Below are positions 60,401-64,000 of a stretch of 64,000 nucleotides of DNA, piece after piece (the first letter of the stretch is position 1; each line of letters opens with the position of its first letter). The position numbers were made by a program, and so were the translations under genes. Origin of the DNA: an uncultured virus (IMG/VR IMGVR_UViG_3300022907_001216). Its lineage: Duplodnaviria; Heunggongvirae; Uroviricota; Caudoviricetes. Where the stretch lies: IMG/VR virus record IMGVR_UViG_3300022907_001216; one strand, written 5' to 3'. The notes beneath the pieces are model-generated. The model saw nothing but the letters and a program-made list of their open reading frames with translations. It searched no databases and was not told where the DNA came from.

Positions 60401-63400
60401 GCCTGGAATATTCAAACTACCTGTCCAGTTGTCTGTTCTGTAACCAATAAGTTTAATTCTATCTTGTCTAAATCCAGCAGCAAGATCATAAATTGTATCA
60501 GCAAAAATTGTTTCATTATCAATTAAAACAACATGCTCTTGTTGTACTAATGGTAACTTTACAAGATAAATTCCTTCATTGTTTCCAACCGCATTTAAAG
60601 CAAAATCTATATCTCTGTCTCTATAGGCATTTATTTGATCTGCACTTATTAAATTACCATTACTAGTAACTATATTATAATCATAAAAATTATCATACAA
60701 ATTATCAACTGTAAAATATTTACGAGAAAACTTACACGCATTAGCAATTGGACTTACAGCAAGCACTGTGCCTGCTTTCCAATTTTGTGTGCCAAAGAAT
60801 AAAAATTCTTTAACAACTAATAACATGTTTTCTACTTCTCCACCTTCTGGATTTACTGAATCTAATATAAAGCCAATTGATTTTAAATATGCTTCGTATC
60901 CAAGGAGAAAATCTACAAGTTCTTGATCTGAATTAAATCTCTGTCCATAAGGAACTTGCTCTGGAGTATTTGAAAATGCTTTTCTAATAATAGCACCTTT
61001 ACCTCCAGATATTGGTAATTCAGCAAGTTTAGTAAAATTATTTAAATCTATTTCACTTGAAGAAATATGAGTAATTTTTGCCCTGTAAAATTCTCCATTA
61101 TATTTTACAATAGTTCCTACTGTATAAGTATTTCCTTCAGCAAATGGAAAAAAGTTTTCGCTAATTCCGCCTACATTAATAGCCTTATCACTTCTTTGTT
61201 CAATAAATGGTAATATGGTAAATGTAGGATTTTGTTTATCATATCCTTTAACAATGTAGCCATTATTAATTGTTTTTTCAATTGTTACTCCGCTGGCTAT
61301 AGCAGTATCTTGTACAGAACTTTTGTTTAAAAATATTTGATAATTTTCATTTGGAACAAATACATTAGTTTTATTTAAGGGACTTCTGCTATCTAGTAAT
61401 AATTTTAATTTATTTTTTTCAGCAAAACCACCTAACTTTATTGCTAACTGATTTGTAAGACCCTTTGTAATAGTTTGATATTTTATGTATTTAGAATCTA
61501 CAGAATATTTCACATAGTTTGCTATGTAATTTACTAAGCCACTTGTTAATACTTCAGTTTCACTACCCTCTGTGATAGTAGGAAATATAAGATCTTTAGC
61601 AGCAATCTGTTGTTGAGATTCTGAATATACTATATTACCAGATAAGTCAAATTTCATCCTACTACGATCAAATCCTAAGCCAATTACATGACTTGGTTGT
61701 AATAAAATCCACGCTTTTAACAACGCAAAGTTGTATTCACTACTATTTCTCCAAGCATTTTCAGTTGGAGAACCGTCTCCATAAACAAAAGGTTTTATGG
61801 TGTCAACTAAAACAAAATTCCTTGCTAGACCAGAGGCTGAAGGTCCACGTAAATTTCCTTGTTCGTCTACTGGAATAATATTCATTAAATCTTTACGCAC
61901 GTAGTTTTTCTTTTGTACTACAGGTTTGCCTGGTTCTTTTACAAGACCATCACGTAAATCTTGCCACAAAGGTGTATTGTTAAATGTATAAGGAGCAGGT
62001 CCATAAACACTTTCCCACCATGTTGGTTTTATTGAAATTCCTAACATTTCCCAAGGTGTAATATGCGGCCTGTCTGTGTCATAATAATATCTATAGATAT
62101 TTCTCCAAAAACCAACTAATGTTTCGCCGTCAAAGTCAGTCATGTTACGATAATTATAAGTTAATGGATTAGAGCCATCATAAAAATCCTGCGAAGTATA
62201 ATCAGGATTATTTGCGCCGTCTAACCATTTGCTAAAATCTTCTAGCAGTATATTATTAAAATCTTGTGTTTTGTAATTAGTTTTTCTAAATTTACCAGGA
62301 AGAACGTTATGTATATCTAAAAAATTAGTATCATAATTAATCTTAATATTGTTGTAAATTCTTTTTTCTAATTCTAATAATAGGTCATCTCTATAATCAC
62401 CAAATGCCTTTGTACGACTACCATCATGTCCTAGTATAACAGATACGTTTCCAGTTACAGATGTATCATTTATAATTTGTGGTTCATACTTTGGTAAAAA
62501 TCCTAGTTTTGTTGGTGTTGGTGGCACAAAACATCCTGCTGTGTTATCAAATTCAACTACAGTGATTTGGTCATTTTCAACAGCATTTGTATACTTTACA
62601 AAACCATCTTCGATTGTATAATCTTTGTTTATTGTTTTGATTTCGTCATTTACATATACTAAAATTGATTTTGAACTTAATGTAGTCATATCAAAACCAT
62701 CATAACTAGTAGGAATATATTCAATTCCAGTATAATCTACACTAGTAGTATTTGCTCTAGATTTGTTAAAAGGAACCATATCACTAGCAAAAAAGGCAAA
62801 CGAACTAGTTTTGTCTTTAGTAATTTTTTTCATTATCAAATCAACATGATCTGCAGTAGATCCATGAAAACCAGTTTTTGTTGATTCAGTTAAAAACGCT
62901 CTTTTAAATCTGCTGTATTCAGATTGAGCAAAATTTAATGACTTAATAACATTTGCGTTTTTATCAACAATGTGATAAGATGCTAAATTAAACGGACTAC
63001 TATGCTTCATAAATTGTGAACCATATTCTGTAGCGTTTCCAATGTCTCTTAAATTTGTTACTCCTGGAGCAATTCCTGTAGTGTCAGGATGATCAAACAA
63101 TATAGTGTTTACATGTTTATTAACTTCACCAATTGTAAAGGTTGTAACATCATTGTTGGTAGGATTACTTTCTAAATTCCTAGGTATTTCATAATAGCCA
63201 TTATTATTTTTATCTGCGGCACTATAGCATTTTAAAACTACAATATCTGTGCTAGATAAATTTTTAATAAAACTTACACGCTTATTAGGAACAGCATTGG
63301 TTAAATTATAATCAATACCTTCAATTTTTTTCTCACCATTAACAAAAACTTTGATTTGTAAATCATCTAACAAGTAACTATTTTCAAACACATCAACGTC

Positions 63401-64000
63401 AAAGTCATTTACTTTAGCATTGTATTGTCTAATCACTGCTTGTCTAGATTTAAAATAAGTTTTTTTCCAAACATTTTCATAGGCAAAATTATCACCAGTG
63501 AAATCATAAATTTTAAAAAATCCTGTTTTTATTGAGTTTGTAACTGTATTAGAATTGTCGTCTTGATAATTAAATGTGTCTAAATTATAATCAAAACTAA
63601 AAACAATATCACCAAAATTATTAATACTTTCGTATGTTAACGGAAATCCCAATTCAACATCATTACTGCCTGAGCCTTTTTTGTAACTAAAAAGTTTTGT
63701 ACCTTGGAAGGTACTACCTTTATAATAAGTTTCGTTTGTAAAGGCATTTCCAGAGGAATCAAACAAATCAAAATGCGGTGCTTCGTTAACTGCTGTTTTT
63801 TCTTGGCTCATTTTCCATGAAGTATTTTCATAATGGAACATTTTGCCGCTGTTTACATCTCCAAGTAACACTAAAACACTATCGCCTTCATTTGGTATAG
63901 TATCTGTAGTTTCAACTAAACTAATTTGTCTCTTTTTTGTTTCAGTAGTTCCAAAGTTAATAAAGTTTACAGTATAAATTTTTCCATTAACTAATATATC
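51476..64000 (-). CDS. Giant baseplate wedge/adsorption protein, at least 4174 aa, 5'-truncated by the window
   Basis: The frame stays open for 43 more codons beyond 63871 to the window edge (DILVNGKIYT...). Contains FG-GAP-like propeller repeats, CBM5/12-like Y..GD.V.Y.G..Y.A repeats, G...S....GxGY repeats and V.V.NG beta-domain repeats. Confidence 0.75.
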   Translation of the reverse strand, partial: DILVNGKIYTVNFINFGTTETKKRQISLVETTDTIPNEGDSVLVLLGDVNSGKMFHYENTSWKMSQEKTAVNEAPHFDLFDSSGNAFTNETYYKGSTFQGTKLFSYKKGSGSNDVELGFPLTYESINNFGDIVFSFDYNLDTFNYQDDNSNTVTNSIKTGFFKIYDFTGDNFAYENVWKKTYFKSRQAVIRQYNAKVNDFDVDVFENSYLLDDLQIKVFVNGEKKIEGIDYNLTNAVPNKRVSFIKNLSSTDIVVLKCYSAADKNNNGYYEIPRNLESNPTNNDVTTFTIGEVNKHVNTILFDHPDTTGIAPGVTNLRDIGNATEYGSQFMKHSSPFNLASYHIVDKNANVIKSLNFAQSEYSRFKRAFLTESTKTGFHGSTADHVDLIMKKITKDKTSSFAFFASDMVPFNKSRANTTSVDYTGIEYIPTSYDGFDMTTLSSKSILVYVNDEIKTINKDYTIEDGFVKYTNAVENDQITVVEFDNTAGCFVPPTPTKLGFLPKYEPQIINDTSVTGNVSVILGHDGSRTKAFGDYRDDLLLELEKRIYNNIKINYDTNFLDIHNVLPGKFRKTNYKTQDFNNILLEDFSKWLDGANNPDYTSQDFYDGSNPLTYNYRNMTDFDGETLVGFWRNIYRYYYDTDRPHITPWEMLGISIKPTWWESVYGPAPYTFNNTPLWQDLRDGLVKEPGKPVVQKKNYVRKDLMNIIPVDEQGNLRGPSASGLARNFVLVDTIKPFVYGDGSPTENAWRNSSEYNFALLKAWILLQPSHVIGLGFDRSRMKFDLSGNIVYSESQQQIAAKDLIFPTITEGSETEVLTSGLVNYIANYVKYSVDSKYIKYQTITKGLTNQLAIKLGGFAEKNKLKLLLDSRSPLNKTNVFVPNENYQIFLNKSSVQDTAIASGVTIEKTINNGYIVKGYDKQNPTFTILPFIEQRSDKAINVGGISENFFPFAEGNTYTVGTIVKYNGEFYRAKITHISSSEIDLNNFTKLAELPISGGKGAIIRKAFSNTPEQVPYGQRFNSDQELVDFLLGYEAYLKSIGFILDSVNPEGGEVENMLLVVKEFLFFGTQNWKAGTVLAVSPIANACKFSRKYFTVDNLYDNFYDYNIVTSNGNLISADQINAYRDRDIDFALNAVGNNEGIYLVKLPLVQQEHVVLIDNETIFADTIYDLAAGFRQDRIKLIGYRTDNWTGSLNIPGFFYDEARTVLWEPNTDYQVADIVKFKEFYYSSVKKHTSKTKFNDTNWRRLDSRPVSQIYPNWDYKVNQFADFYDLDTDNFDTEQQRLAQHLIGYQKRQYLENIITDSVSQYKFYQGFIQEKGTRNALDKLFDALSSSDKDSVEFYEEWALRLGQYGSIDNIQETEYVIDESKYKLNPQIFELVSRADTTRKDLVYEYTPREVYKSPDNYSHQLVGITTENRAIARNSGYVRDSDVEYIVRDKSFIPEIDLDTLPIGKHIWITNEKSTWTVLKHSRSTYNVTNLETFVDNANNGVRLIVDRQVKTIAINDYIGVYTDVPLLKGFYKVTNVFGNTIEFNTLEAIEYENDEDSFNATTGAVISVFNSRRFTDVDDLNTNIVDLETDNVDKIWLDNTGSGEWSVYENKSIFSLYKEFQNTSDKRVNLLIDGNVTGSVNVDDIVMIDDSSGYSSVFAKSYDSVNDRTKLTVNKGVNVWPIGFNVFLADSTDLGKLVSVEYEQIQATDSSQSNLTTAKTEYISNSSYNHGVLEIMRRSGDTLSYSQTENFLPTAYHDENSGYGYSVSVAPDGKYIAVGAPFASNILSKFKGTIDPAEAYAVGDIVVDRGQLWRAKVDISNWHDDASDSSTITAGDNEDLWEAVYSLTTTGDGLASGLTAQGAVYIYELDSVSRNYSLQTVMFSPEPKDNENFGYEIEFRKNLTGKYKLFVSAPAQAVGAIYFFEYDVDTVEWKWTRNRSYKGVFDVDEKYRTGDLVYYQNALYKALVDRLPSVTPANEKLPTDVNSWSNAETNENGEILYYYSDNVEHTGFVPNREQDLDGDNDTNEQYFGRKFFVNTNGDKLVAQSIKAGQRTLTVYNQPIDRWTYIQEITGDTNEQWAVDFAINDEGNKIAISEPANDDTGTNKGTVYVYTQQTDNTYTLTQNLYSPQSERNEYFGSAVDFSGNKLAICGKNSDKLTVTNFDVTTNGKLIFDNGTTRFGTIDSDLGRIMIFEQIGDNFTYGESVNYKRQTFGHTLDNFKFINNHIYLNLPNYLASNVNTPTDANYVISNIPGILAEFTHTKNKNSNQVLTSQTNKPDIKQIQRVFLYDKNTADIIADLDVIDPRQGKIAGAAEQEISYKTWYDPAVYSTAETADVVVDAQSNWTDRYVGKLWWNLSEASWYDPYQQGSSYRSTVFNKILPDSDIVVSEWVSTDLLPSEWNELSGSTTGFTQGVTGTALYDDTVYSEKLIFDATKQVFVPRYFYWVKNKTTVPTNTNRIISAQVVADLIKDPAKQGYRYVGILESDKFVLYNCASLIEGKNTVIHFRTLKDVNVKTEVHSEYQLITEGLDIDVPNQEIERKWIDSLVGYDLVGNPVPDVNLQPVKKYGVLNIPRQSMFVNRIEAVKQFVERANSVLIKNLIVDNYDLTKLQSKDPLPILASQKFDVSIDDVENLEFVGTAKVKPAIVTPVIEFGKITSVIINDKGNGYKTAPLIEIETTTGKGANLETAINSNGQLISVTVKDSGFDYDSTTLLKARPFSVLVTADSSIGGRWAIYVYNKTQAIWERSDNQSFDTTKYWNYVDYYADGYGPNTIVDNTIEASYELYAVNNNIGDIVKISNVGTGGWLLLKKINEIDTEDYTVNYETIGRQNGTIKLSSLIYDYTTKTTGYDASVYDITFYDREPVQELRNIIDAIAQDIFIGDLAVEYNNLFFAGIKYVFSEQPNVDWAFKTSFIRAKHNVGELAQKVAYQNDNLENYQDYINEVKPYSSNVREYISSYEKIEPSQSVITDFDLSPSYIDGNITPSAATFDGTEVVNLWNKYFTYPYKNWTDNNTYEVIRIDVIDGGSGFTDTPYVTFENDSTPLYSGLTAKAYISKGKVTSIEIVNKGSRLYKAPTVTVSGNQDIDGKPVLASCILGNSNVRSTHVIVKFDRVSGKKYFEILDKTETFTGSGNQKKFMVKWPMNIKTDSFTVKIDGVVQLQNTYTVGNQLDRTKLYDRYFGYVEFVEDPALNSTVEIQYKKDVNLLQAADRILTEYKPTSGMPGVETSQLMDGVEYEGALYDGLDFGTEQGFGVGGFSDLPWDTFDNTYQDEVLTLDGSTSILQLSTPLEDGVSYNIYLNGVRQDDPQYDGSTITANKNAVMATVVGDGVTDTIDINGAFFTTDGDQVIIRKESSDGSFAPVSAAYDTALSGGAIDRSTASGIPGGEVIVDGDGFYTQSASRGPEELVPGHVTDTLDLSVYTRTPDGIGLISVANYVTDGSTVVFEMPNTPFGTDNVVVNYDGKLLEKNNYTVDVESNTLTFDNVQEVFEANKSISIMTIGANGSKLIDTQTIKLTQFDIDILDSSGLEIETAIKYNTNVTAIVIINGKIGVVGTDYTTQKLNNRLGITILPPIDSPDYNFEVGNVIQYAVYDSAIQTFSQIYQDESWDPTLVNYYKFTDTNIPFNNKPLGHNLLVMWRANKQVLSPGYSISYTTTSNRIYSIDSWMFDPLSNLTSVDFLIYVDNVRLDQRYWAWDNVNGRITLLNNVIAPAGSKLDIYVLKDAEYYFVDTQLTFSELDGSTAANLELLVQEGDTLSITSAATSTTFETKVRSIVDNVVTVRSYQKGLRDEFVADEKFYITASGADSTALVISDLQFIESDSLTIDPSLPNLQASDFKVSVMHFSNHDINNFSRYTYNVLNNSIVNANSPEATRRNLLSNGIVELEKPVLSAQYVWVIKNGIVLQPSIDYVVMETLDAIRLTNIPNENDRIDVLHFQNNTASPKFGYRIFRDMLGRTHYKRLNEDNSYKLAVALKQYDTKIILDDATGIVQPNTLQNIPGVLWVDGERIEYFVVEENTLSQLRRGTLGTGAKVNYPVNTKVYGQGIDETIDYRDTYQVYRQLADGSNTVVDIDFEFNNINEIEVFVGGRKLSKVAVDVYNKTIAQDSPEADQTQDKEFDVITVGSEKVIQFATTPAIDTEIRIVKKTGKTWYNNGTSLRDSNSSIAKFLRGATIELPK

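Noticed and set aside
1210..61878. Many 60-143 aa ORFs in the track lying antisense to, or out of frame within, the long genes
   Set aside because: They sit almost wholly inside well-supported genes and have no motifs or translation signals; these are shadow ORFs.
63869..63871. Start codon of the giant ORF as given in the track
   Set aside because: The frame remains open to position 64000, so the true start lies outside the window.
1..64000. Stop-codon reassignment, as seen in some jumbo phages
   Set aside because: The standard code gives near-complete coding density, including a 12.5-kb ORF, and TAA, TAG and TGA all end genes at sensible positions.
1..64000. tRNA, rRNA, CRISPR array, intron/intein, transposase or integrase
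   Set aside because: Intergenic gaps are all under about 70 bp and I recognised no such motifs by eye; a tRNAscan/Infernal run would be needed to exclude RNAs overlapping genes.

Overview
AT-rich, very densely coded segment that reads as part of a large tailed-phage (jumbo, T4-like myovirus-type) genome in the standard genetic code. It has two halves. (1) About 43.3-64 kb is a minus-strand virion module: a giant baseplate/adsorption protein of at least 4174 aa running off the right edge, a 202-aa structural protein, three paralogous fibre/baseplate proteins (one with a tail-collar domain) and two further paralogous structural proteins. (2) About 1-43.3 kb, directly downstream, is a tailoring-enzyme supercluster with 19 radical SAM genes in three architectures (4 C-terminal twitch, 7 C-terminal Cys-rich SPASM-like, 8 N-terminal twitch). 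Interleaved with them are about 8 glycosyltransferase-like genes, 3 SGNH-like proteins, 3 Fe(II)/2OG-oxygenase-like proteins, 2 methyltransferases, a cytidylyltransferase, an NDP-sugar epimerase/dehydratase, a short DegT aminotransferase, an amidinotransferase, a QueC-like PP-loop enzyme, a degenerate kinase-like protein, one repeat-rich fibre-like protein and a 74-aa Trp-rich ORF. Two promoter classes are visible: near-perfect sigma70 promoters heading the three operons that hold 15 of the 19 radical SAM genes, and T4-late-like TAAATA boxes, many lying 4-5 nt before a start codon with no Shine-Dalgarno (apparently leaderless). The best hypothesis, which is inference only, is a phage-encoded glycan/post-translational modification pathway acting on the virion, with DNA or the host surface as alternative targets. 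I saw no tRNA, rRNA, CRISPR array or mobile element. All family calls come from reading motifs by eye, not from database searches.
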